This document shows positions 12,701-22,257 of a stretch of DNA of 64,000 bases, piece after piece; position 1 is the first letter of the stretch, and each line of letters begins with the position of its first letter. The stretch lies in the NCBI GenBank assembly GCA_012026655.1, contig JAAILG010001616.1:1-64000 (forward strand), written 5' to 3'. The notes beneath the pieces were generated by a model. The model was not told the DNA's origin, did no database searches, and was given only the letters and a program-made list of their open reading frames with translations. This stretch comes from Hydrolagus affinis (taxonomy: Eukaryota). The position numbers and the translations under genes were made by a program.

Positions 12701-15700
12701 GAGGCCATGATTAAGTGCCCCCAATCCCAGAATATCTCAGAGACAGCAGAATATGTCATTTTGTAGATGTCTTGGTTTAACCAACAATTCATTGCTTTTT
12801 AAAAAAAAATCAAGCAGTAAATTTATATAATCCTTCATTGATACAGCTGGTGAGAATCACATCTTCCACTCCATAACACTTAATACCTAATTTCACTTCC
12901 TACCCACTATCCCAATCATTTCTTGTTAAATAGCTCTGTCTTTCAATGCTGTGTCATAATAATAATCCTTGCATTTGATATAGCACTTTTCACATCTTAT
13001 TGATATTATTTCACGTCTTACAGTCTTATGATATTTAGTGAGTATTACTTTTATTAGTTCTACCTTTTGGTGAAAGTGCAATTATGTAACCTTCCATTGC
13101 TCATAAGGAATATATCTGTAATAATAATAATCCTTGCATTTGATAAAGTGCCTTAGCACGACTCTGAGATATTTACAATGTACTTCGCAAAATATACTGT
13201 AAACTGAATTAACTGTGTATTTTGTAGGTGAAAAATGTGCTTCTAATGTGCTTCATATTTCTTTTGTTGAATTTGCCAGGTATACCAACTGTTGCACCTC
13301 CCACTGTACAGTCCACTCCATCATCTCTTGTGACCCCTCCATCTACTGGTACCTTCCTTTTATATGCTCAGGGACAGCACATTGGGTACCTTCCCCTGAA
13401 TGGTACTCAGTTAAACAAAGAAGGAGCCAAGAGCCTGTTAGCTCTCCATGTAATGTACCTTCTTTTCTAACTTTCTCCTCTGGGATACCCCAAAACTGTT
13501 TAGCACTTGGGAAAAGGGGTGGTGGGGTGGGGGGGTGGTGGGAGTGGGGGGTGAAGGTAGGGCAAGGACATTTATTCAACACATATGCAATTGGCTCAAA
13601 GTTGAAATCATGCCAAATCAAGCACAGACTTGACCCGAGTTCACCAGACCTGATCAGTGCAAGATCTGTCCAGAGGTGAAAACCATTGTAACCACAAAGG
13701 AAGTGCCATGGTTTCTTGGTTACAGTGAAAAGCTGTGTGACGATTAGTCCAGCTGAGAATGGAAAATGAGCACATTCACTTGGCCCTACGAACGAATCGA
13801 ATGCAACTGCAGATGTTGTGAACGTGATCACACATTCACACAGACAAATTGGCAACAGAGCTTTTTTCTAAACACTCACTAAATCATTGCCACATTTGGT
13901 CTACGCATAAAACTGGTGTAATACTGTATTCTGTGAACCAGCTTAAGTGTACCACTTGCATAGAAACCATTGATTTGAAGGCAACTCAATTTTTGCATGT
14001 TTTGTTTCCCCTCAAAAACAATTTTCTTCTCCTTATTAGCACCATAAACCCTTATCTCTACAGTGATCTAATTTTGTTTTTGCCAACAGCTGTGATGAAT
14101 TATTTACTATGTGATCTAGCACATTACCTTTATATGTGGAGATTTGGGAAATGTGTCCAAAGGGACAGGTAGTTTAAGCAAATTATAAATTATGCAAGTC
14201 TGTTCAAACAAGTCAGTAATTTCAATCCTATGAATAAATAATAAGTTCTCTGGCAGTTAGACAAATCTACAAGCTTCTCATATTGGATTCTGTTGTGGGA
14301 ACTTCTTAGAGCTGTGCTGAATGATTAATATTTTTCTCCTCTTTCCTTTTCCAAGGGTTCCATTGTTATTGGAATCGATTATGACTGTCGGGAAAAGATG
14401 GTATACTGGACTGATGTCGCTGGCCGGACCATTAACCGAATTAGTTTGGAAATTGGCGCCGAGCCAGAGATTGTGATTAATTCAGGTAAGTTGAAATAAC
14501 AATTGCTTTTAGAATTTCTTTTCAGAAATGTGTGCTTTTACATCAATCAAAATAATTTGAACTCTTTTGTTTTTTTAAAAAAAATCTGTTGTAAACATTT
14601 TGTTTAAAAAAATGTACATTATTATACGTCATATAAATTTTGGCTGCCACATTTCACCCATAAAATATGCTGTCACTATATTTTACAGTATATTCTGTAA
14701 ATGGTGAGATCCTGAGATGTGGAGATCAGCAATGCCATAGGATAGATCCCTGGTTTGTGCTGATAGCTAGTGCTTCCAGCCACCATTGATCTCCAGTGAC
14801 CTACGAAGCAACACCATCTTCCATGTGTATAAATGTTGAGTGAGGAAAGGATTGGTTCCTCTGTGATGCCTCCCATAGTTAAATAATCAGTCAGTGCACC
14901 CATTTTGAATGCGGTATTGAACCCATTACTGAAACATTGAGCAATACAGATCTTTTGGGTGCACAAGTCTAGCCTACAGATATATCTGTGTGTTACCCCA
15001 AAAGCAGTAGCGTGAATTAAGTACAGTACTGGAATATAAAGTTCAGTCAGAGTAATGCAAGGATTATTGCCACCATTCATTAAATAGCTACTTTCTCCTC
15101 CAATATTCCCCCTCCCGTCCTCCTTCCCTGAGGGTGTTTATCTTTCCTTCTACTGAGGTATCTTCCCAACTGGCATAAGTGCCTTTCGGAACTTCACCCC
15201 AGAGGGCAATATGTATCTATGAGCATTGAGAATGAATGTCTGTAGGCTGTTTGACTGTGGGGGAGGGAGTTGGATATCACAGTGAGCCCAAGCTTATCCA
15301 TACAGCCGTTCCATCCAACAGGGGCTTCTATATAGAAATCAAGTGTGGGAACCATGGCTGATGTTTTAATTCCTTAGACCTGTTGTGCTGACACCATTTG
15401 TAGCAGCCGAACGTCTACTCAAACTGAGATCAGTGAGTTCAGCACAAATTGGAAATGAAACCTATGACCTTCTCATGGGTAAAGGCACCAGTGGAGCTTC
15501 TAATTCTAAAGTTTCTCAGGAAAGATCAATTGGCACCTAAATTGCAGCTGCGAGGCCAAATACCATTTGCTCTAAATTGCAGGGTGTACTGTGAGTGACT
15601 GACTGATATCTCCTCTTTGTACTTCTAGTTACGCTAAAGCTTTTAGAATGCACTGGTTAGATAACGCCTAGAATGCTGTGTTTAGCTTTTGCCCCCATAC

Positions 15701-18700
15701 CAGAAGAACATTAGAAAAGTTTGAGAAACAGTAACTAACTAAGTTAAAAGGAATGAGTGATGGAGAAAGATTAGAGAAACCTCATCTGCAAAGAGGCCAT
15801 TTAAGGGGCAGCTGGATTTAGCGAAGCACAATATTTGCAATTGTACAGAAGAAATAAATCCAGAATATTTTTCAAAATCAGCCAAGTGCATAGGACCAGA
15901 GGATACAAACAGGAAACAAAAAGCAAGTTTAGAACCATATCCAAAAAAACTTTGGTAATGGTTTATAATCTTTGAACCAGATTAAAGGAATCAAAACTAT
16001 TGTAAAATATTCCAAATGCAATCAGCTATCACCATGTCAGAATCAATATACTGGAAGGATATGATTGATTCAAGAACAGTATCGAGCCACTCACCGGGGT
16101 AGCTTCTCCAAGCACTGCATTAGCTAAATGGCTTTTTCTCATCTTGTATTCTTTCTGCTTTAGGACTGACTAGTCCTGAAGGGCTGACCATAGACTACCT
16201 TCGCAGACGCATGTTCTGGACTGACAGTGGATCAGATAAAATAGAAGTTGCAGGGGTGGACGGCTCTCATCGGCGGGTTCTCTTTGATACTAATTTGGTG
16301 AACCCCAGAGCAATAGTGGTGGATTCTCTCAGTGGGTGTGTTGACATGCATGTTTTAATTTCTCTTCAAAAGAGTTCTGCCAAATAGAAGATTGTATACA
16401 GTTGTTTTCTTCCCCCAGAAAATGTGGTTTTCACTTAGGTCAATGGTACAATTATGGAGTTTTAGTTGTTGGCAAATGAACAGTGTGATTTTCTCAACAT
16501 ATGACACCAATTGAAATTAAGTGCTATTGCAGATCTTGTACAGATGTTGGTACCAGACTTTATGGTTGATCTAAAGTATTTGCATTGTTAAAAAGGCTGA
16601 GGGAAATTCACATTGCGCTAAATTGTTTTGGGTAGAATGCACTCCAAAGCCACCAGGTTCCACCAGAATTGAAATAAGCCCGGGGCTCGAGAATGTTTCC
16701 TTTTAAGATCACCTCAAAAGATAATGGGCTGCTCTGTAAAAGCTAAATGACAGGCTATGTTGACTTCAGATTAGATATGGAACATTGTTTTAATTTTTAC
16801 CCTATTCTGCTTTCCCTCCAGCAACCTTTACTGGACAGACTGGAATCGCGAAGCTCCTAAAATTGAGATGTCTTACATAGATGGAACTAATAGAAGGGTC
16901 TTGGTTAAAGATGACATTGGATTGCCCAATGGATTGACTTTTGACCCCTTCTCCTTACAGCTGTGTTGGGCTGATGCTGGTACGTTTCATGAGATAAGGA
17001 TTTTTAAAACAAAATCTATAGTTGTCAAAAATCATCAAAACTGGTAGGTATTGTGATGGAATTTAAATTGAGTTAAACATGAAGACTTTGAAGGTTAAAA
17101 AATAAACATGGGTGAAGAATCCTGCATGTGATGTGTGTGCCTGTGTATGTGTGTCCCAGATTACTAACACCTCTTCTAATATGTTTTATTGGGGACTGGG
17201 ATCAAAAGGAACCAAAAACCTGGAGTGCATATTTTCAGATGGAACAGGAAGACGTGTGGTACAGCTTGGCCTAAATTACCCCTTTAGTATTGTTGCCTAT
17301 TCAAATCACTTCTACTACACAGACTGGAGAAGGTAAGAATGAAACTTTGATGAAGCTATTCATTGAAATGTATGCCAAACCAAATTACCACCTGCCAATG
17401 GACATTAAAGATTCCATTGCTCTACTGTATTGTGAGAAATCTGGGTTAAATTCCTGGCAGAGTGAAATCTTGGGAAAGTTTCCTTACTCCACATGCATAA
17501 CAATCCCTCAAGAAAAAATAATTGGTCACTCAATCCATGACTGTTTATGGGACACTGCTGTGCGCAATTGACTGCTGAGTTTTGCCCATAAATATACAGT
17601 CAATTCACTTTACAGTATATTCTGTGAAGCACTTTGAGACATCTAGAAGGCATGAAAACGCTATATCAAATGCAAGGATTATTATAATATTTCAAAAAAG
17701 AGCCGGGAGTTACCTTGTTTTCTAGCCTCATGCATATTAATCAGAATAGTTGAATCAGTCATTCAACAGATTGTTGTTTGTGGATAGATGCTAACAAAGC
17801 TGCTATGTTTGCCTATATAAACTTACTCAGAGTTAAAATAACTCCTAAATTGGGACTCTGTTGGGACATTTTACCATGACAAAGCATCGTATCAAATTGA
17901 AGTATTTTACTGTTAGATATTGATATTGAATATTATAGATTCAATAATATAACTTTTATGCATTTGGGCTTTTGAGAACCATTTTAAAAGGCTGAATATA
18001 GGTTTAATGGAATACAAGTCTCTAAATATATTGGATTTAGATTTCCTTGAAATCTATAGATTATTTTTCAATATGCCTCCAGTAATGATCTCTGATCTGA
18101 ATCCTGTTTTTTGAATATTTTAATATATTAATGGCACGGAGTACACTGTCAGCTACAAATGACTGAATGTAAACTCAGTTCTCACGTGACACTAATTTTC
18201 CTTCCTTTGCAGAGATGGAGTTATTGTTGTAAATAAAGCTAACGGCCGTACTACTGATGAGTTCCTACCAGATCAACGATCGCACCTGTATGGAATAACT
18301 GTGGCCTATCCTAGTTGTCCACATGGTAAGGTGCCTTAAAATCTCCTGATGGAAAATACCATCTTATTTATGTCATTTTTTAAAAAAAATTGCTATGCCT
18401 CCAGTTTCACTTTCTTCCCACCTCTCCAGAATGCGCTATCAGTGGAACACAATTAAATTTGTTACTTTATCCAGGTAGCCTCTGATTATACAGAGTAAAG
18501 TGACACAATTCATGTGCCTAAAGGCACTGTTTCCAGCAACATCCCAACATTCATGATTTTACGTCAAGGCCATGATTTCTCAGCACAAGCCGCATTTTAT
18601 TTTCCTAAAGCCCTAACATCTTGCAACATAGCGTGGGGTTGATGCTTCATGTAACTTGTCATCCTCTAAAAATGCTTTTGGACATCTAAAAATGTTGAGT

Positions 18701-18826
18701 GCAATAAGTTAAATGTTGATTTAAATTGGTAATGTCCAAAAATGTTTAGGTGTGCACTCTTTTAATCACAGAGCTGCATGATTTCCTGAATAACATTTTC
18801 CCTCCCTTCTGGCAGGAAGAAAATAA
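554..18826 (+). CDS. NID2: Nidogen-2, 3' part (G2 end, 3 EGF, 4 intact TY, G3 YWTD propeller); 16 coding exons; 5' exons lie upstream of the window
   Basis: Exons join in frame at GT-AG sites (2642 nt). Translation has NID2-type segments [49 protein letters not shown] and C-terminus CPHGRK* with no terminal EGF (unlike NID1). Lies next to RTRAF and GNG2 as in mammals. Confidence 0.96.
1037..1264 (+). CDS. NID2: NID2 exon, G2 domain C-terminal part ([10 protein letters not shown]...[12 protein letters not shown])
   Basis: ttcacag|...GAAG|gtaaat; 228 nt, phase 1-1. Confidence 0.92.
1659..1726 (+). repeat. G/GT-rich low-complexity tract
   Basis: (GT)n and poly-G runs. Confidence 0.7.
2523..2945 (-). 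mobile_element. L2-type LINE 3' fragment (ORF2 C-terminus + tail)
   Basis: ORF 2568-2951 has [12 protein letters not shown]...GGQAFS...WNSIP...FKASLK; (TTG)n tail. Confidence 0.9.
3271..3414 (+). CDS. NID2: NID2 exon, EGF-like ([24 protein letters not shown]...[10 protein letters not shown])
   Basis: tgacag|...ACTG|gtgggt; 144 nt; six-Cys EGF pattern; not in ORF track. Confidence 0.93.
3549..3862 (-). mobile_element. L2-type LINE 3' fragment
   Basis: [36 protein letters not shown]; same family as 244 and 2523. Confidence 0.85.
4600..4731 (+). CDS. NID2: NID2 exon, Ca-binding EGF ([30 protein letters not shown]...GRTCV)
   Basis: ttctcag|...GTTC|gtaagt; 132 nt; DIDEC and CxNxxGxYxC consensus. 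Confidence 0.93.
6531..6650 (+). CDS. NID2: NID2 exon, EGF ([39 protein letters not shown])
   Basis: ttacag|...CCTG|gtaaga; 120 nt; [10 protein letters not shown] matches the last rod EGF of NID2. Confidence 0.93.
7050..7525 (+). mobile_element. Degenerate DeuSINE (SacSINE1/AmnSINE-like), apparently interrupted by an inverted CR1 tail at ~7190-7270
   Basis: Deu-like blocks GGGAGTGCT...TTTGGATGAGAC and GAAGAGAAGGGAGT...CTGGCCAATA; tail ACTTATAATAATGCAAG. Confidence 0.5.
8064..8303 (+). CDS. NID2: NID2 thyroglobulin type-1 exon A ([14 protein letters not shown]...[12 protein letters not shown]...QCGLP)
   Basis: 240 nt, phase 1-1, QC and CWCV motifs, donor gtcagt. Acceptor is a weak CAGCAG (start 8064 or 8067). 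Confidence 0.85.
8981..9226 (+). CDS. NID2: NID2 thyroglobulin type-1 exon B ([13 protein letters not shown]...SSRGDRP...[13 protein letters not shown]...CETP)
   Basis: tttgctcag|...CCAG|gtcagt; 246 nt, open, six Cys. Confidence 0.9.
9508..9753 (+). pseudogene. NID2: NID2 thyroglobulin type-1 pseudo-exon A' with two in-frame TAG stops
   Basis: Translates [83 protein letters not shown] at 9543-9545 and 9672-9674. AG and GT kept (donor gtcaat); 246 nt. Confidence 0.88.
10965..11105 (+). mobile_element. CR1 LINE 3' fragment
   Basis: AAGAGGAAGCTAGA...GAGAGAG...GAATAGAAGGATATG...TTGGGCTGA typical of CR1 3' ends. Confidence 0.55.
11152..11394 (+). CDS. NID2: NID2 thyroglobulin type-1 exon B' ([15 protein letters not shown]...[13 protein letters not shown]...CGLP)
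   Basis: tttgcag|...CCAG|gtcagt; 243 nt, open. Confidence 0.9.
12056..12265 (+). CDS. NID2: NID2 last thyroglobulin type-1 exon C ([15 protein letters not shown]...[21 protein letters not shown]...PAC)
   Basis: tttcag|...GCAT|gtgaga; 210 nt; CERWRE and KDGRE match the second TY domain of mammalian NID2. Confidence 0.92.
13280..13449 (+). CDS. NID2: NID2 exon, linker and start of G3 (IPTVAPP...KSLLALH)
   Basis: tgccag|...CAT|gtaatg; 170 nt. Confidence 0.94.
14356..14485 (+). CDS. NID2: NID2 exon, G3 YWTD repeat ([26 protein letters not shown]...VINS)
   Basis: ttccaag|...TCAG|gtaagt; 130 nt. Confidence 0.95.
15110..15500 (-). mobile_element. Old tRNA-type SINE family copy (related copies ~6330-6450 +, 14710-14890 +, 24060-24290 -, 36660-37020 -, 56790-57000 -)
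   Basis: Shared motifs across copies, e.g. TGAGATCAG(C)TAACTCAGCA and GGCTRTTY(R)RCYRYRGGRG; family name not assigned. Confidence 0.5.
15690..16160 (+). mobile_element. Degenerate CR1 LINE 3' fragment
   Basis: GGAATGAGTGATGGAGAAAGATTAGAG...GGACCAGAGGATAC...GCTAAATGGCTTTTTCTC, resembling a CR1 ORF2 end and tail. Confidence 0.55.
16164..16335 (+). CDS. NID2: NID2 exon, G3 ([23 protein letters not shown]...[12 protein letters not shown])
   Basis: ctttag|...GG|gtgtgt; 172 nt. Confidence 0.94.
16822..16979 (+). CDS. NID2: NID2 exon, G3 ([15 protein letters not shown]...[20 protein letters not shown])
   Basis: ctccag|...GCTG|gtacgt; 158 nt. Confidence 0.95.
17209..17332 (+). CDS. NID2: NID2 exon, G3 ([18 protein letters not shown]...FYYTDWRR)
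   Basis: caaaag|...AG|gtaaga; 124 nt; acceptor atypical but phase and homology fit. Confidence 0.92.
17510..17690 (+). mobile_element. 5'-truncated copy of the tRNA/Deu SINE
   Basis: GGGACACTGCTGTGCGCAATTGACTGC...CACTTTACAGTATATTCTGTGAAGCACTTTGAGAC...CTATATCAAATGCAAGGATTATTA. Confidence 0.8.
18213..18325 (+). CDS. NID2: NID2 exon, G3 end (DGVIVVNK...[17 protein letters not shown])
   Basis: ttgcag|...CATG|gtaagg; 113 nt. Confidence 0.94.
18816..18826 (+). CDS. NID2: NID2 terminal coding exon (GRK-stop)
   Basis: Pyrimidine tract + ggcag|GA AGA AAA TAA; matches the NID2 C-terminus. Confidence 0.9.
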
Positions 18827-21800
18827 CACTCTGCTGGTAACAAGCCTTGATGCCCGCTACATCTGGAGGAAGAGGGTATTCCTGTCCAGAGTGTTGCAGA
18901 CAGACTGATATATAACTCCACCCACCCACCCCTCTCCCACCCCCAAACTTTCCATATAATTATCATTAATTCAGCAGGGAAGTAAATAGATCATTTACCA
19001 GCTTTTAAAATGAGTTACATATGTTATAGTAACTACGTTTGGAAGATTTTTGTATACCTCGTTACCTTTTCTCCTCCTCCCCCCAATACTTTACTGTCCT
19101 TGTACTATATTTTAGATAATCTAGTCCCTTCTATTCTGAAAACAAATCTTAAGGATTAAAGCCAGGGACTAACTCTGTGGAGGGGGGTGGGGGTGGTTCC
19201 AAAAAAACTTATCATTGCAGTGGGAGAAACCAACATCTCATGGCATAGCTTTGATAGGAATAAACAGTAAAATTTCTGAAAGATTGTTTTTTAAAAAATT
19301 AAAGCAACCACTTCCTCACATCTTTACTGCCTGAATTTACAGGAGGAATCATTCCATTTAATACTGATCTTGCGTTGCGCACCAATAAACCTTATGTCAA
19401 AAGTACGAAAAAAAATCTAACACAATAGGTATGTTACCAAAATTGTTACTGTTCCAGCATATGAAACAGTACTGGTGGAGATTCATTGTGTTCCAGTAAT
19501 GGTAATCCATAGAAAATTTGACTTTATGGGAAGAAATTGAATTTTTTGGTTCAAATAGTCAGTTCCCTGTTGACTAAAACTAATTCAAGTAGGAGTTATC
19601 ATCCCACATGGACTAACAGGGAACAGCTATAATATCAATTTTAATTGTTAAAAACCTATTCATTATTAAAGACCTATACATTATATTGTAATAATAAGTT
19701 TAAAATAGTCGTTTATTTTTTACCTTTTGAGAATAGTTTGGATACATTTTGAGGTGTATACTAAGATTAATTACCAGTGAGGTAGACCAAAGACAAGGGC
19801 ACGCTAGGCACTGCAATAGGGTAATGTTTCCTACTTGTAAGAGTACAATGTGCTTAGAAGTGATATCAGCGCTAACCTGACAACGTGGAATTCAGTTATT
19901 TTTCATGATTTATTTGTAACGTGGCTGCTGAGACCGGCGACCACCCTTATAACAAGGTTCCCTTATATTCAGTTTCAGAAATGTGAAATTAATCTTGTGG
20001 TATGTAGAGCATTCGAGCCCCAGCATGATTTTAGTGTTTTCTCCCCCTGCTAAATCTTCCAGGTAGTATTGGGGTCCTGTTTCACAAGCTACCTTGCCCA
20101 AATAGCTCTTCACACGTGATTCAAAAGTAATTCAGGGGCAACATCAATTACAATTGATCCATTGGCATTTGGGCTGAAATTGACTAATAGTAAATTCTGG
20201 GATGTAATTTTACAGCTGCATGTCACAAGGGATGAAATGTGGCCTGACAAGAGACATTGTACATTACTCTTATCCACTAAAGTTACTAAACCATCAGGGA
20301 AGCTGCAAAAAAAAACATTTTCTAAATGTTACAAAGGTGCTGTTGTATGGACTCGATAGTTACTTCATATTTTTCTTTAAAAGTGCCTAAATAAGCCTAA
20401 AAATGTCAGTTATGCTGGAATAATGGGTAATTTATTTAATACTGGTTACATACAGTTCTTTAGATAGATGTTATTGATCTACATAAAGTTATAGCAAATT
20501 TAAGCAATTGGCTACATTATACAATAAAATTCTCCACTTGCAAAATTGCTTGCTGAACTTCTGACCAGTGGTGTTTTCAGCCTGTATATGTGGATTCCAT
20601 ATAAGGAATCCTATATAAGGATTTGAAAATCTCAAAGCAAGCACTCAATAGGCAGGGGAGATAAGAAATTGGATTTCAATTGGGTTTTTTCATCACTAAT
20701 CTCTGAAGCTTGCTCGTTTAACAAGTATTGGTGTATAAAGTTCACTCCTCCTAAACTGAAACATTTATCTTACAGCTGGCAGAGTTGTAGCATATTGAAT
20801 ATTAAATGTGATTCAAATAGACATTCAATATGGTCAAGAAATATCAATAGGGGAAAACAAAAGTTAATTAATGAGGTGCAATTATTTCCATGTATAAAAT
20901 AGGCCAACAAAAAGAATCGATTCACATATTCTCAGATATCAGAAATAAACTGAAAATCTAAGTGGCCCTTTTCAGAATTCTAGATTCCAAACATGTAAAT
21001 AGTTGTATCACTTAATACTCAAGTGTTGTGAAAGACAACCGTACATGTTTCACTGCCATTTGTTTTGCACTCCCCTCCTGGTACAGCATTCTCTTGACAT
21101 CATTCGATTCCCATTTGGCAACCACGAGCACGAAAAACTGAGTCATGGGCAGCAATTTCTATTCATGTCACACAAAGGAGCATTACACAAAACGTTTCAT
21201 CTTAGACTGCCTGTAATTAGTATTTTTGAAGCATAATTTATGGTTACAATGGGATGAAGACTAGGTATGCTTCAAATGCTTCCCAGTATAACATTTAGGA
21301 AATGTCACAACCTTCCCCCCGTAACTAGGAACACACATATACTACACCAGAGAAGGAATGGGCCTACTCTCTGAAGTAGTATAGGTGAAACCTTTAAAGC
21401 TTCTATTACATTTAAACAGTACACTATGTTAGGCTCCTTTTGAGATTATATTTCAGATCTAAACTGTTCATTTTCAAATGGCACCAACAGCACATAAACC
21501 CACAATGGTATCCTCACTCAAGTTCAGTTTGTGAGTTTGTGTCTTTGCAAATTAAAATGTGCAATTCTCCAATGGTATGCTTCAATAATCTACAGTATTA
21601 TCCTTTTCTAACGTTTAGCATACAATGTTAAATTGTTGGCCAACTGTAATCTGATTTATGTATAGTCATGCATTTCACTGAGTTTTTGTAAGTCGTTTTG
21701 TATTTGAATATCATTTAAGAATTGCTGTATTAATCCATGTAAAGTTTCTCCTTACTGTCCAACTTAAATTGTAAAATTGGCATGTATCAAATGTTAATTA

Positions 21801-21971
21801 TATAGTTTCGCTGTCAAATTCATTGTACAAAATACTGTATGACACTTTAGATGTGTCTAATGAAACACAACTCTCTTATACCCACCTATTGTCGTGCTTT
21901 GTTCCAATTTAATAATGCTTAAAACAAACTTTCTTTTTTATTTCAGTAGTTAAGCTAATATTGGATCAATT

Positions 21972-21977
21972 TTATTG
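21972..21977 (-). terminator. Probable RTRAF polyadenylation signal AATAAA
   Basis: First AATAAA on the - strand, ~125 nt after the stop codon. Confidence 0.6.
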
Positions 21978-22102
21978 AAAAATTCATCACATTCGTGTCA
22001 GTTGAATTTGATTATCCAGGTCAATACAATTCATCTCCTTTCACATCTCAAAGAAAAAAAACTGAAAAGGTGTACAAATGGTGAACTATTTCCATCTGTT
22101 GA

Positions 22103-22257
22103 TTATCTTCCAACTTTTCCCAGCCTGTGATCTGTTTTGGGATCAGCTATTATTGACTGGACAGCTACGATGGCTTCATTAATCTTGGTTTGAAGGTCTC
22201 GTAACTCCTCTATGTGTAGCAACCGCAGAATTGTTGCAGCCTCATTCAAGGTGGCAT
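22103..22257 (-). CDS. RTRAF: RTRAF exon 8 coding part (DATLNEAATILRLLHIEELRDLQTKINEAIV...GKVGR*)
   Basis: tgatag|AT...; TAA at 22105-22103; 155 nt. Confidence 0.95.
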
